In this document: positions 36,801-50,200 of the stretch, in pieces
Layout: every line of letters starts with the position of its first letter
Position numbering within the stretch: position 1 is the stretch's first letter
From: Camelus ferus
Taxonomy: Eukaryota
Assembly (NCBI RefSeq): GCF_009834535.1
Contig: NC_045696.1
Span: forward strand, 30,072,001-30,136,000
Direction: 5' to 3'
DNA length: 64,000 nucleotides
Program-made: the position numbers and the translations under genes
Notes under the pieces: generated by a model
Told to the model about the DNA's origin: nothing
The model's database searches: none
What the model saw: only the letters and a program-made list of their open reading frames with translations

Positions 36801-37668
36801 ATGAACTTCCCTCTTAGAACTGTTTTTGCTTTCCATAACTTTTGGTAAGCTATTTCCATTTTTATTTGTGTTACGGTATTTTCTGATTTTCCCTTGGATT
36901 CAACATTGACCCATTGTTTTTTTAGTAGCATGTTGTTTAGTCTTCACATGTTTGTTCTCTTTCATTTTTTCTCTCTGTAGTTGATTTCTAGCTTTATACT
37001 GTTGTGGTGGAAAAAAATTCTTGATATAATTTCTATACTCTTAAATTTGTTGAGACTTGCTTTGTTGCCAGCATGGGATCTATCCTGGAGAATATTCCAT
37101 GTGCACTTGAAAAAACTGTGTATTCTGCTGATTAGGAACAGAATGTCCTGAGGATATCTAAGTCCGACTGGTCTATTATGTCACTTATGACCACTAGTTC
37201 TTTACTGATTTTCTGTCTAGATGAGATGTCCATTAATATAAGTGGAGTGTTAAAATCCCTGACTATTACTGTGTTGTTGTCAACTATTCCCTTTATGTCC
37301 ATTAATATTTGCTTTATATATTTAGGCACTCCTATATTGTATGCATATATGTTAACAAGTGTAATATCCTCTTCTATATTGATCCTTTTATCATTATATA
37401 GAGCCATCCCTTTTCTTTTGTTATAGATTTTGTTTAAAAAATCTATTGCTGTCCCCATTTTCTTGTCATTTCCATTTGCATGAAATATCTTTTTCCATCC
37501 TTTCACCTTCAGTCTGTGTTTGTCTTTAGCTCTAAATTGAGTTTCCTGTAAGCAGCATATATATGTGTGTTGTATTTTTATCCAATCAGCCACCCTATGT
37601 CTTTTGATTGAAGTGTTTATCCTATTGATATTTAGGTTGGTTGTTAATAGGTATGTACTTATTGCCAT
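33840..37668 (-). pseudogene. L1 ORF2 (endonuclease / reverse transcriptase), disrupted
   Basis: ORF 37132..37668 MAISTYLLTTNLNIN...ICCLQETQFR (APE endonuclease); 35692..36108 HDQVGFIPGIQG...KAFDRIQ...KECPLLPLL (RT); 34932..35132 [19 protein letters not shown]; many stops and frameshifts. Confidence 0.95.
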
Positions 37669-38149
37669 TTTATTACTTGTTTTTCAGTTTTTTTGGTAGT
37701 TCTTCTCTGTTTATTTCTCCTTTTTTTTTTCCTCCCTTAAGATTTGATTATTTTCTTTAGTGATGTGCTTGTGTTCCATTCTTTCTAGGTTTTGTGTATC
37801 TATTTTAGATTTTTGATTTGTGGTTACCATAAGGTGCATATATGTTGACTTACAGTTCAGTATACTTGCTTTAAACTGGTATTCCTTTAATGTTCAGACA
37901 CATTATAAAGGATCTACATTTTTTTTCACTCCTCTCCCCTACATTTTGTGTATTTGATGTCATATTTCACATCTTCATGTCTATGCCTTTACTGGTTATT
38001 GTAGTCATAGTTGATTTTACATTTTTTGTCTTTTCACCTTTGTGCTAGCTTATTTAAATGGTTGGTACTCAGCCTTTAAATTATTTTTGTTGGTGGGATT
38101 TATCCTTTTTTATAAATCCTTCCTTTTGATACAGCCTTTTCTTTTCCTC

Positions 38150-39045
38150 TTAGAAAAGACCCTTTAATACTTCTTTCAGGGTAGACTTAGTATTGATGAA
38201 CTTTTGGTTTTTGCTTGTCTGGGAAGTGCTTTATCTCTCCTTCAGTTCTAAATGATAATCTTGCTGGGTAGGGCACCCTAAATTGCATGTTCTTCCCTTT
38301 TAGCACTTTGAAAATATCATGCTACTTCCTTCTCAGCTGCAATGTTTCTGTAGAAAAATCAGCTGATTGTCTCATGGAGGTCTCCTTGTATATGACTCTT
38401 TGTTTTTCTCTTGCTGGCTTTAGAATTCTCTATCTTTAACTTTTGCCATTTTAATTATGATGTGAATTGGTGTAGGTCTCTTTGGATTCATCATGTTTGG
38501 GACCCTCTGGGCTTCCATACCTGGACATCCATTTCCTTCTTGAGATATGGGAAATTTTTAGCCATAATCTCCTCAAGTTCATTTTTTGATCCCCTTCTCT
38601 CTATCTTGTCCTTCTGGATGCCTATAATGCAAATGTTGGTATGCTTATATGCTTGATGTTGTCCTGAGATTTCTTAAACTGTTCTCTCTCTCTCTCTTTT
38701 TTTTCCCTCATGTTCTGGTTGTGAGATTTTCATTATTCTATCTTCCAGATCATGTATGCATTCTTCTGTATGACCTGTCTGCTATTAATTCCTTCTAGTA
38801 TGGTTTTTGTTGCAGTTATTTTACTTTTCAGTTCTGACTTATTTTTCCCCTTCATTTTCTAGGTCCCTGTTAAAATTTTTATTGTGTTTATCAATTCTTT
38901 TTATTATTAATTATTAGCATTCTTATTATTCATGCTTTGACTATGTTATATGGTAATTTTTTATTTATGTTTCTTTTTGTTTGTTTTTTCAGTGGTTTTC
39001 CTCTTGCTTTTTCAATTGAGATACATTCTTTTGTCTTGTAATTTT
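38150..39045 (-). pseudogene. L1 ORF1 remnant
   Basis: Lies between the 5'UTR and ORF2; antisense text of ORF1 motifs (aatcagctgatt, ttcccttttagcactttgaaaatatc) ending in LKGLF*; no intact frame. Confidence 0.7.
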
Positions 39046-40133
39046 GCATAACCCTCTCTGTCTCAATGAAATTAGGTGAAACAGTTACCTATTGTGGTAT
39101 TGAAGAGATATCCTTAGAAGGAAGTGTCACTATGCAGTCTATGTGTGTTCAATGGCTTTTACAGGAGAGTTCAATTTGATAACACAAGTCATGTCTTTCC
39201 TCCCTGTGTGCTGGCAGCCATCGACTTAGTAGGAGATGGGGCCAGAGGTGGAGTGGCTAAGGCCAGAGTTGGGTGTGAAGCAGGGCTTCTTCTCTGCTCA
39301 GTGGCCGTAACTTCCTTATTGGGGGGGGGGGTGTCAGGCCCCAGGTTTCTGGAGCAGAAGCCCTAAAGGTTGGATCTGAGCTGGCTCCATTCCCTTAACG
39401 TGTGCTCTCCCCACTCCCAGCACTGGCATTCTTGCCCCAGCGTGGAACTGTGCTGGAGTAAGAGAGGCCAGTGTGGGCTCTTGCTGGGGGTCAGGGTGTG
39501 GGCTGTGGTAGTCTAGCTGGTAACAAAGACTTAGACTACTTCTGATGCACTATTTAAGCAGTAATGATTGCCCCTGCCCTCCTCAGACACTGTTTCAGGT
39601 TTCAGCCTCCTCTGAGTCTCACAGCTGATCCCTCACTTTAGTCATGACACAAGTGGAGCTAGAGCATTCACAAGGGGGCAGTTGCAGGAAACCAGCCAGA
39701 CACTGAAGCATTTTCAATCTGCCATCTCCACCCTGCTTTGAAAGCAAGCAAGTATGTGTGCAGCCCTTGTGAATGAAGTCAAGTCTTCTCATAGCCCTCT
39801 TGTTTGTTCCATTGACCTTCCAACTAGCCAAGGGAACTTGTCTTCCCTGTGTTGAGCTCCAGGGCTGGGGTGCCCAATATATGGCTCAAACTGCTCACTC
39901 CTCAGGGAGAATCTCCACTCATGTAATCTCCTTTTTCCTCTGAGTCCCCTCCCAGGGGACTACCTGATCAATTATCTTCCCTTCTGCATGATTCTGTGTA
40001 GATTTGCCTTACAAAGAAGTGGTTAAAGGAGTCTTTCTGCCAGTTTCCAGGTAGCTTTCAGTGAAAATTGCCCCACATGTAGATGTATTTTTGATGTGTT
40101 CCTGGGGGAAGTGTGTTCCACATCCTTCTACTG

Positions 40134-40143
40134 TGCCATCTTT
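40134..40143 (-). promoter_or_regulatory. YY1-like motif (AAGATGGC) at the L1 5' end
   Basis: gccatctt about 12-20 bp inside the L1 5' boundary, the canonical position of the L1 YY1 site. Confidence 0.7.
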
Positions 40144-40361
40144 CTCTCCTCCTCCACACCATTCACTTTTAAATTTCTTTCAAACTTGTTAGGATTTTCT
40201 GATTGACTTTTCTTTTTTTCTTTTCAGATTAAAAATTTCAGTTCAAAGCTTACTGATGTTGTTTTTCCTTCTTAACTCCTCCTTTTCTATGACAGTATTC
40301 AAAATTATTATCAATTACTATGGAGTACACGTATTTCCTGTTCAGAAAATATTGGTGCTCC

Positions 40362-42670
40362 TAAAATGACTATGGTACAGTTTGCCAGAGATGGTCTTGG
40401 TTTATGACTGTTGTTTCACTATCTTTATTAGGATTTTTCTTGAATTGTTCATTTTTTAACAATGCATTGTTATTATTAATGGTTGCATGAAAATGAGCTG
40501 AGATAGGTTTGCAAGGCCTTCACCATGTACTTCCTGTCTTAGTCATATAATCATTTTGTAATTCGTGTAATTCATATGTGGTGAACAGAATTCTTACTTC
40601 TAACATGTGGCTTAATCTGAAAGAATAATTGTCTTCCTTTTTCTGACCATTTTCAAATTCTATTTCGCTAAACTCTTCCTTTCAAGAGAAGATACAGGAT
40701 GTGCACTAGCTGAAGGAAAGATACTTACGTAAGAGAAGTCCAGACAGCTAACTTTGTCTGGTGTGTGGCAGTGAGGAGGGAAATGGTTGCTACTGCAGTC
40801 TTGCTCTCTGCATGCATATTAGCAAGTTTTGATCTGTACAGGGGCCTGCAAGATGCAAAAGTTACAGGGTCAGCAGTTAATGGGATAATTGGAAAATTTG
40901 GTAAATGATGGGCTAGATATACATGAAATGTGTATGAGAAATAAAGTCTGAGCAGTTGTGATGTGGTTGTGTAGAATGTAATGTTATTACTCTCACTACA
41001 GATGTATAAATCCACAGCTATTAATTTTAATATTTAATAATGCTTTTTTATTTTGTAATGAATCTATTTGCAATCAGTCAATAGCAAGAAAAATGAAAAT
41101 AAATTTTTGCAATGCAAGAATAAGGCAAAATTAACTTGCACAAAATGCACCTCAACATTTATGATTCAACATAAGGATCATAGTGGCCACATGAGAACCA
41201 GAAGACACAAATCTGTTAGAGACATACAAGCTTCTACTACAAAAATCTAGTTTTTAGAAGAATGCACCTGAAGATGATAATTTAACACATGCAGCTGAAG
41301 AAGTTGTATTTACTTACCACTTTGTGAAACACATTTCATTTAGTCCAAAGAATGTTCTTCTAAATTAATTTTGTTAATTGTTGATGCTAAGTTTTCTTCC
41401 TTCACATACACAGTGAAGTGATAGCAGTGACTTAGCTGACTCCTTGAACAGGAAAAAATCTTTGAAAAGAGTTAAGTAATGAAGGGTTTATGTCAATGTT
41501 ACCTTTTTTTTTCCATAGAGAAAATCAATTAAGTCCAATCAGAGGCCTTGGCAGCTTTGAGGTATACTGCTCAGCTCTCTCTTCAAGAGAATCTGCCATG
41601 AGGCGTATAGTTGAAACTGCCTCCTCAGATGCATTGTGACACTCTTGTCAAAGCTCTGCTTTCCCCCAATTTCTTCCTGTGGGTGTCTGAGCATGACTGT
41701 GATACTAGAGCCAGACAATCCCTGGCTAGTGCAGGACAACTCTATTGGGCAGTGTCTGCTCAGGGACTCCCCGTAGGCCTGGATGTGGCTTTCTCAGAAC
41801 TGTACTAAAAATGCAGACTGAAGCTCTTTCTACCCAATCCTCCTGCCTTCATGCTTTCCTTCCACAGATGTCAGATATGCAATGCTGCCTGAAGCTCTCC
41901 CTGCCTTCCCTAGCTCTCTGCCCTTTATCTTCAGTGGTGATTCACAATAATTCTCTTGCATACCTATCCTATCTCAGCTTCTACTTTTTGGATGACCTAA
42001 ATTGACACAGAGATGATGCTCTACCCATTGAAATAGAAGCTGTGGCTGCCACAGAAATATTTTTATACATACACAGAATAACTGAGCTACTATATGTTTG
42101 TGGAAAGCTAATTTTTTAATGAAAACCTCTTTCAAGTGTGGTAGTATGTGCTTTCTCTGTGTGGTGTTCATTAAATTTTAGAATTATTTGAGCCTTTGAA
42201 ATTCTATGATTTTATTTTAAAATATCTCAGTTTGTAGAAAAATATCTGATAGAATTTCTGTTTTATTAGTATAAACATATATCCTGTACAAAAATAGAAT
42301 TAAACAGAATCTCTGTGATTTTTTTTTAGCTTCTGAAATTGGTAAAATACATAAAAGTTATTGATAAAGATAATTTATTTGACAAATTTTGCCTTGCAAA
42401 ATATTTGACAAAGAGCCTTACTTTCAATGCATACAAAAGGATAGTTCCTATGAATACTTCATCTGAAATATTTATACATTTCAACATGAAAATTGGAATC
42501 CAGAGCATCCTACATTTAATAGAGCTTGCTCTGTGCATTCTAAGTACTTTGATGATTACCAGCAATTTAATGAAAAATATTGAACATGATACACTGAATA
42601 AGACTGAAAAATATGCCTTCAGAAATACATAGTGGCAGAGTACGAGTATGATTAAAATGGGTGATTATGT
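40362..42670 (+). mobile_element. hAT-Blackjack-type DNA transposon fossil with transposase remnants
   Basis: Degenerate left end taaaatgactatggtacagtttgccagagatggtcttggtttatgactgttg (MER94/Blackjack-like); ORF 41068 has BED-like CTKC...HMRTRRH; downstream HAAEEVVFTYHFVKH, DALPIEIEAV, ILELFEPLK, and ORF 42339 DKDNLFDKFCL...SEIFIHFNMKIGIQSILHLIELALCI. Confidence 0.75.
41540..42009 (+). mobile_element. ERVL-class LTR (LTR16/LTR40-like) inside the hAT element
   Basis: GC-richer block interrupting transposase text; 3' end cttgcatacctatcctatctcagcttctactttttggatgacctaaattgacaca. Confidence 0.7.
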
Positions 42671-42714
42671 AGTATCTACCTGATTGTTTTTTTTCTGCTT
42701 AAAATTGATTCAGC

Positions 42715-42875
42715 TAGAAATTTTGGAGTCACATTGACTCCCCTCTTTGTGGAACATACAGTTCAAGAAGGCAGAAACACTGTTTTGTTCACTGCTCTAT
42801 CATCAGAACTTTGATCAGTATCTGATCCATAAGAGACACTCGATAAATATTAAACTGATGAGTCACTGAATGATA
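42715..42875 (+). mobile_element. L2 3' fragment
   Basis: gttcaagaaggcagaaacactgttttgttcactgctctatcatcagaact...cactcgataaatatt. Confidence 0.7.
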
Positions 42876-42963
42876 CTTCGAGGCTTGTACTCCATACACT
42901 TCAGTTTCCTTCTATTGTAATTGTCTTTTATACATGCATCAGAATGTTATGGGTAAAAATAGG

Positions 42964-43453
42964 CATCAGGAGACAATTCTCAGTTGGTTTCTTGATTTTC
43001 TATGTATCTTGTGAGCAGAGCCACTGACTTCTTTTGTTTTTGGATTAACTATTCAAGGGTTAACAGGCATCCTTGGAAGACAGAAACCATGTCTACCTCT
43101 GGGGCAGAGGGCATATTTACTTCCTGATAGAGCAGTAAAGATAATATCTTCAGGACAAGATTCAGGCAAGCTTTCTGTCCATTATAAAAGATCAAGGCTC
43201 CATAAACTCAGAATTCCTCTCCTCTAACATAACCCACTGCAGCATCATCTGTTTCTCTTTGTGTTGCTCTGTGGATACTGCGGTTTGGAGGACTGGCTTG
43301 AATACCGATGGTATGATTACTGCTGTTGATGTAAGTAATAAAATACTTTGATTCAAGAGTGTCAGTTCTCCGTCTACCATCCATGAAACAGAGGTGGGCT
43401 AATTTGCTAGGCTGAAAATAAATTAAAATTTCAAACTTCCACAGTTCTTGAAA
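42964..43453 (+). mobile_element. MER21-like (ERVL) solo LTR
   Basis: cttgtgagcagagccactgact...cattataaaagat...gtaataaa...catccatgaaac...acagttcttga; 5-bp TSD atagg (42959-42963 / 43454-43458). Confidence 0.8.
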
Positions 43454-43539
43454 ATAGGCTGGGATCATTATCAGCTGCAACTGTTTTATAATTTATAACT
43501 AACAAGATTATATACCTAATTATTTGCACCTAGCTAGAG

Positions 43540-44480
43540 CAAACATATTTTGAGTATTAATCATTATGGTCCAAGTACTTCTGCCAGGCCCTCTGTGGAG
43601 ATATAAAGTTGAGAAGTACACATTCTGTGTCTTCACAGAGAAGCGTATATATTGTAAGCAGATGTATGAACACATGTATCTTATGATATAGTTATAAAGA
43701 AAAGAAGATTAGGGTTGAAGGATGGGCAAGAAGTTTTCTTGAGGACGTAAAACTGAGCTAGGCCTGCAAGAATGAATTCCATATGACCGGAAGAAGAAAA
43801 GGGGAGAAAAATATTTTCCACTATAATGACAAGAAAATTAGAGAACGGTCAGCAGTCTTGTTTTACTAGAATAGAGTGTGCATGTCAAAGAGCTATAATC
43901 TATAAGGGATCAGAATCAAAGAATCATCTGACTTTAAGTTAGAAGTCAGAGTTACATTGTGAAAGATCCTAAATGCTGTTCTATAGAGTAAGGAATGAAT
44001 AATAAAAACTCATGAAATACTGTTTGTATCTGCTTATGTGTCTGTATGTTTTTTTTCTTTCCAGCAAAGTTTTTTTTTTCTTCTTCTTTTTCTTTCTTGT
44101 TAATTGAAGGTGACAAAACCAGCTCTTTTTGAGTGAGCACAGGTAGCCCTTTGGGAGAAGGAAGAAAAACTAGATGCAGTTGTGTTTTGCAATAATTATG
44201 TGAAGAAATGTGATAATCAGATTCGAGGGAGGTTATACTTGTCAAACAAGGCACATGTGGTTAGTAATTTGGTCTCATGACATAAAGGAGAGAATGAGTT
44301 GAAGATGATTTAGAGGCTTTCAACATAAGAAACTGAATGAGTGTTTAGGACATTAACATCATGGTGAATATATAACAGCATATTTTTGAAGAGAAGGCAA
44401 TGAGTTTATTTATAAACCAACAGAATTACAGATGTTACAAAGTATCCAGGGAGCAACACTGAGAAGACCTTTAAAAATGG
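43540..44480 (-). mobile_element. Degraded L2 fragments
   Basis: Purine-rich antisense L2 text (actgagctaggcctgcaagaatgaa, gagttgaagatgatttagaggcttt). Confidence 0.55.
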
Positions 44481-47269
44481 GATTCTAGACCTCAGATGAA
44501 AATTGATAGTCAGAAATATCAACTATAAAATTGAGTTATCATTGACTGCTGCTTTTTCAAATAAACTCTTTGTAATAATTTTAATTTTTTGTTATTAAGA
44601 TGAAAGATTAGTTTGTTTTGTAGTCTTTTATTTTATAATAAAATTGTTGATACATATTTTTCTCAGATTATCATTTTGACTGAATGCCAGAGGTTTTTAT
44701 ATATCATATTCTTATTGCCATTTTGTTTGTAGCCTGTGTGGCTTTTTTTAACCACTTTTTTACATCCAGTAGGATGGAATATAAGCAATTTTATCTCATT
44801 CAACAATACATTTAGATGATTTATCAAAGTTTCGTTTGTGACCTGTACATGAACAATTGAATATTTGTTTTATGCTATTTGCAAATAGTGTTTGTGTCTC
44901 TTTCTTAGTTTTGGTACTTATAAAGTTATATTATATATTCAAATATTTAGATTATATATTCAAATCTACTATTTGAGGAATCTGAATAAATACCATTGAC
45001 TGAACAAACACATTTACCTTTGCTTCATTCTAACTTACCAACCCCCTCAGTATGAAGAATAAAGAGACTTCTTTTACCTTATTAAGTCAGAAGGAAGGAC
45101 ATGTAGGCTGCAGGAAAAGATGGTAGCAGATGAAGGATTTCAACTGGACAGCAGCAAGTAGGAGTAGAAGTTTGAAACAGCCAATACATAAACTCATTTA
45201 TGCTATAGTATTGAGAAAATGTTCTAAAATCTAAAGTACCTCCTTGGTTGGTAGATGTTTGGGATGAGGAAAGGGAGTGTTGCTGAAATTAAAGGATTGG
45301 TTAAAAATTTGTATACACTCATAGGGCCTTGGACTCAAGCACATGGAACAGCAATCAGATTTTTAGAATTATCTTCTCAAAGATGAAAGGCCATTCAGGG
45401 ATCAACAGTAACTTTAAGAAAAACCTCTAAATACGGAAGAATAAGATGAAATCTGATGTTTTATATCTTGACTTTGTTTTTTGCTTGGTTTGTCAGTTTC
45501 TGAGAGTAAGGTCTCAAAACATCTAGGAAGAAATTCATGGACCTTGAAATATTTTTGTATATATTTGTGAATTTAATTATTTTTGATACTACTCTGGTTA
45601 TCTGCTTGTTTTATACTCTGATTATTGGATTGAGTACAGTAATACCATAAAACAAAACAAAACAAAACACTTCTGGTTTAAAATGACTGAATTTAACTCA
45701 TTTAGATGAAACAGATGATCCAACTTTGATTCTTTACTCATAAATTACAAATATAATAAAAGGCATTAAATAAATATAATATACAAAATAAATGTGAAGG
45801 AAAAAAGGCAACTTGACATTTATCAACTGACTCATTTATTTGGTCTCACATGAAGTGGGGGCTTAATTTAGAATCAAACCACAGAGTTGGGAATAAAGAG
45901 GAGTTTTCATACATATGGTGTTACTGGATATAGGACATTTATTTTAAAGTTGGATTAATTTGAGACACAATTGTTTTACTGCATTTGTTTTACATCTTTT
46001 TAAAAAAATAGCTGAAATTTGTTTTCAAAATTTGACCTTATTATGAGAATGAACACATTATGAAAGAGTGGCCTAATCTACACTATCTTAATATAATACA
46101 TTGTTCTGAGTTAAACCAAAGTAGGTTGTACAATGTACATATTAATCAGTTAAGGGCATTGTAACACAATGATATTGAAAATTAAGGAAAACTATAAGAC
46201 CTCTTAGAAATCATGACCACTAATAGTTTTAAATTGAACATAGTTGTAAGTGCCAGCTAAATGACAAAAAAAAAATTTTGTCTTTTTTTTTTTTAATGAA
46301 CTAGTATAGTAGTTTGGCTTCAGTTTGGGAAGAAACAAGAAACATTAGTGATATTTGGTAAATTGTAAGATTTTCATTAGGGACTAAAAGCTAATTAAAA
46401 TAAAAAATTTAAATTAAGTAAATTTATTTCACATTACATGACAAAGTGGCATTAATCATTCTACTTAAATGAAATATAACAGATACTAAAGATATGTGTG
46501 TATTTAAGAATACATACTATGTGTGTATTTAAGAATATGAGGTCACATCAGAGTATTACTGTGTGCTTATTTTTATTGGTATTTTTTATATGCTTTGATA
46601 ATTTACTTCATGGAATTTGACATTGAAAGGAATTGTCCTATAGAAATAGTGGTTTAATAATACAATACAAATATATTTGAAGAAACGTGACAAACCTGTG
46701 AAATCATCATCCACTTAGATTAATTGTTATACAGATTTTAGGGTTAAAAATTTTAGATTGCATGATTTAATCTGCTTTTAAGAAAATAATTAAATATCAA
46801 CCCTTTCTATCCTAGACACTAGAGAAAATGGGGCTGTTTGCAATCTACAGTTCCATTTGTTAAATGTAACTTACAATTAAAAGTGAATTATTTAGCTTCA
46901 TGGTATTTTTTATAAGACCATAAAATAAGACTATAAAATAAAAAAAAATACTTTAATTATGTATAACCTATATGCCATATATTTTAAACTGAGGATTCTC
47001 TCCCTACTATCAAATGTAACAGTTTTAATGATGCACACTTATAAAAATAAACTTTAGATAATAAATCTTATTATTTGGTATGAATTATAATTTGATTAGT
47101 AATATAGATAGGTTAACTTTTTTTCTGGTGGAAACTTGCAAGGAAAAAAGAAGAGAGCAAGGGAAAAGACTGGTTTTTAGTTATTAATAGTTAATGGGAA
47201 TAAACAGTAGAAACACATCTAAAACCCAACTGGTAAAAGGGCAGTTTGTCCTACTGTCTTGTTTTGTAC

Positions 47270-50200
47270 TAGAGAGGGAAATATATGGTACATTTATTGC
47301 AATTGATTAAACAATATTGATACATTATTATTAACTAAAGTCCATAGTTTACATAAGAGTTCGATCTTCATGTAATTCTCCTCACTCTGAAAAATATATA
47401 ATGATGTGTATCCACCACTGTATCATCCAGAATAGATTCACTGCCTCAAATATCACCTGTGCCCCACCTATTTATTCCTCTTTCTCTTCTTCTAAACCCC
47501 CATCAACCTTATTGATCTTATTACTACTCCAAAGTTTTGCCTTTTCCAGAATGTCATACATTTGAAACTAGAAATATACTACAAGAAAAAAACTTAAAAA
47601 GCCACAAACATGTGATGTTGTGCATAAACATTATGCTGCTAAACAACCAATGGGTCATTAAAGAAATCAAAGAGGGAATCAAAATTTACCTGTAGACAAA
47701 TGAAAATGAAAACAGTGATTCAAAATCTGCAGGGCACAACAAAAGCAGTTCTAAGAGGGAAGTTTATAACAGTACAAACTTAACTCAGGAAACAAGAAAG
47801 ATCTCAAATAAACTTAAAAGAGCTAGAAATATAAGAATTAAACCCCCCCCCAAAAAAGTAGAAAGAAATCATAAACATTAGAGAAGAAATAGACTAAAAA
47901 ATGAAAATATCAATGAAACTAAGAGTCAGTTCTTTGAAAATACAAACAAAATTGATAAAACTTTAGCTAAACTCATCAAGAAAAAAAAAAAGAGGGCCCG
48001 AGTCAATAAAGTCAAGAATAAAAAAAGAGAAATTGCAACCAAAACCACAGAAATACAAAAAAAAAGAGATTACTATGAAAAATTATATGCCAATAAATTG
48101 GACAAACTAGAAGTAATAGAAAAAAAATCTTAGAAATTTACAATCTCTTAACTCTGAATCAAGAAGAATCAGAAAATATAAACAGATCAATTACCAGTAA
48201 TAAAATTGAATCAGTAATAAAAAATAAACCTCCCAACAAAATTGCAGGACCACATGATATCACAGGTGAATTCTACCAAACATTTAGAGAAAAATTAACA
48301 CCTATCCTTCTCAAACTATTCTAAAAATTGACAGAGAAAGGAACATTTCAGAATTCATTCTACAAGGCCAACCTCACTCAGATACCAAAACCAGACAAAG
48401 AGATCACACAAAAAAGAAAGTTATAGGCTAATATCATTGATAAACATACATGCAAAAATCCTCAACAAAATACCAGCAAACCAAGTCCAATAATACTTTA
48501 AAAAGATCATACACCATGGTCAAGTGTTTATCCCAAGGATGCAGGGATGGTTCAGTATTGACAAGTCAATCAATGTGATACGTTAACAAGTTGAAAAAAA
48601 AATCATCTCAATAGATACAAAAACAGCTGTGACAAAATTCAATTTCCACTTATTATAAAAACTCTCCAGAAAATGGGTATTGAGGGAACATATCTCAACA
48701 TAATAAAGACTCTATATGACAACCCCACAGCTAATAGCATACTCAATGGTGAAAAGCTGAAAGCATTTCCTCTAAGATCAGGAATAAGACAAGGATGCTC
48801 ACTCTCACCACTTTTGTTGAACATAGTATTGGAAGTCCTAGTCACAACAATCAGACAAGAAAAACAAATAAAAGGAATTCAAATTGGAAAGGAAAAAAAA
48901 ATTGTCACTGTTGGCAAATGATATGATGTCATATATAGAAAATCCTAAAGACAAAACCAAATAGCTATTAGAACTCATCAGTGAATTCAGTAAAGTTGCA
49001 GAATACAAACTAATATACAGAAATCTGTTGTATTACCAATGATATATATACCAATGATAAACTATCAGAAAGGAAAATTAAACAATCACATTTACAATCA
49101 TATCAAAAAGAATAAGATACCAAGGAATAAATCTAACTTCAGAGATAAAAGATCTATACTCAGAAATCTGTAAGTCACCAATGAAAGAAATTTAATACAA
49201 CACAAACAAATGGAAAGACTGTGTTTATGGGTTAAAAGAATTAATATTGTTAAAATGACCATCCTACCCCAAACGATTTATACATTCAATGCAATCCCTA
49301 CCAAAATATCAATGTCATTTTTCACAGAACTAGAAAAATAATTCCAAAATATGTATAGAAAACAAACACCCTGATTAGCCAGAACAATCTTAGGAAGAAC
49401 AAAGCTGGAATCACTCCCTGAGTTAAACTATAGTACAAAGCTACAGTAGTAAAAACCAATATGGTACTGGCAGAATGTCATAGAGTTGGAATTTGTAGGC
49501 TTCTCAGGTTGACTTCTTTCACTTAACACGGTAAATTTATGTTTCCTTCATGTATTTTAGTGGCTTGATAGCTCATTTCTATTTATTTATGAATGATATT
49601 ATATGAATGTATTATAATTTGTTTATCCATTCTTCTATTGAAGGACATCCATATTGCTTTCAAATTTTGGCCATTATACATAAAGCTGCTATCAATTACT
49701 ATGTGCAGCCATAAGTTTTTTTTGTGTGGACATAAGTTTTCAACTTATTTGGGTAAATAACAAGGAGTACAAGGAGTTACTGGATCATATATTTGGAATA
49801 TATTTAGTTTTGTAGGAAACTACCAAACTGTTTTCCCAAATGGCTATACTGTGTTGCATCCCCACCAGCAGTAAATGTCAGTTCCTGTTGCTCTACATTC
49901 TCGCCAGCATTTGATGTTGTCAGTGCTTTGGATTTTAGACATTTTAATAAGCATGTGGTAGAATCTTATTGTTGTCTTAATTTATAATTCCCTGATGACA
50001 TATAATGTTGAATATCTTTTAATGTGCTTATTTGCCACCTGTATGATAAGGTGTCTGCTTAGATCTTTTGCCCACTTTTTAGTTTGGATGTTTATTTTCT
50101 AATTGTTGTGTTTTAAGAGTTCTTAGTATGTTTTGGATATCAGTACTTTTGCAAGATTTTTCTTGTCTCAATCCATGTCTTGTCTTTTCATTATCTTAAC

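Larger units (their letters stand above)
33501..40154 (-). mobile_element. Full-length (~6.65 kb), decayed cetartiodactyl L1 LINE
   Basis: Poly(T) tail at 33497, 3'UTR, ORF2 and ORF1 remnants, 5'UTR starting GAGGAGGAGAGAAAGATGGC on the minus strand; 16-bp TSD cacaccagtcactttt (33485-33500) / cacaccattcactttt (40155-40170); TTTT/AA endonuclease-type site. Confidence 0.97.
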
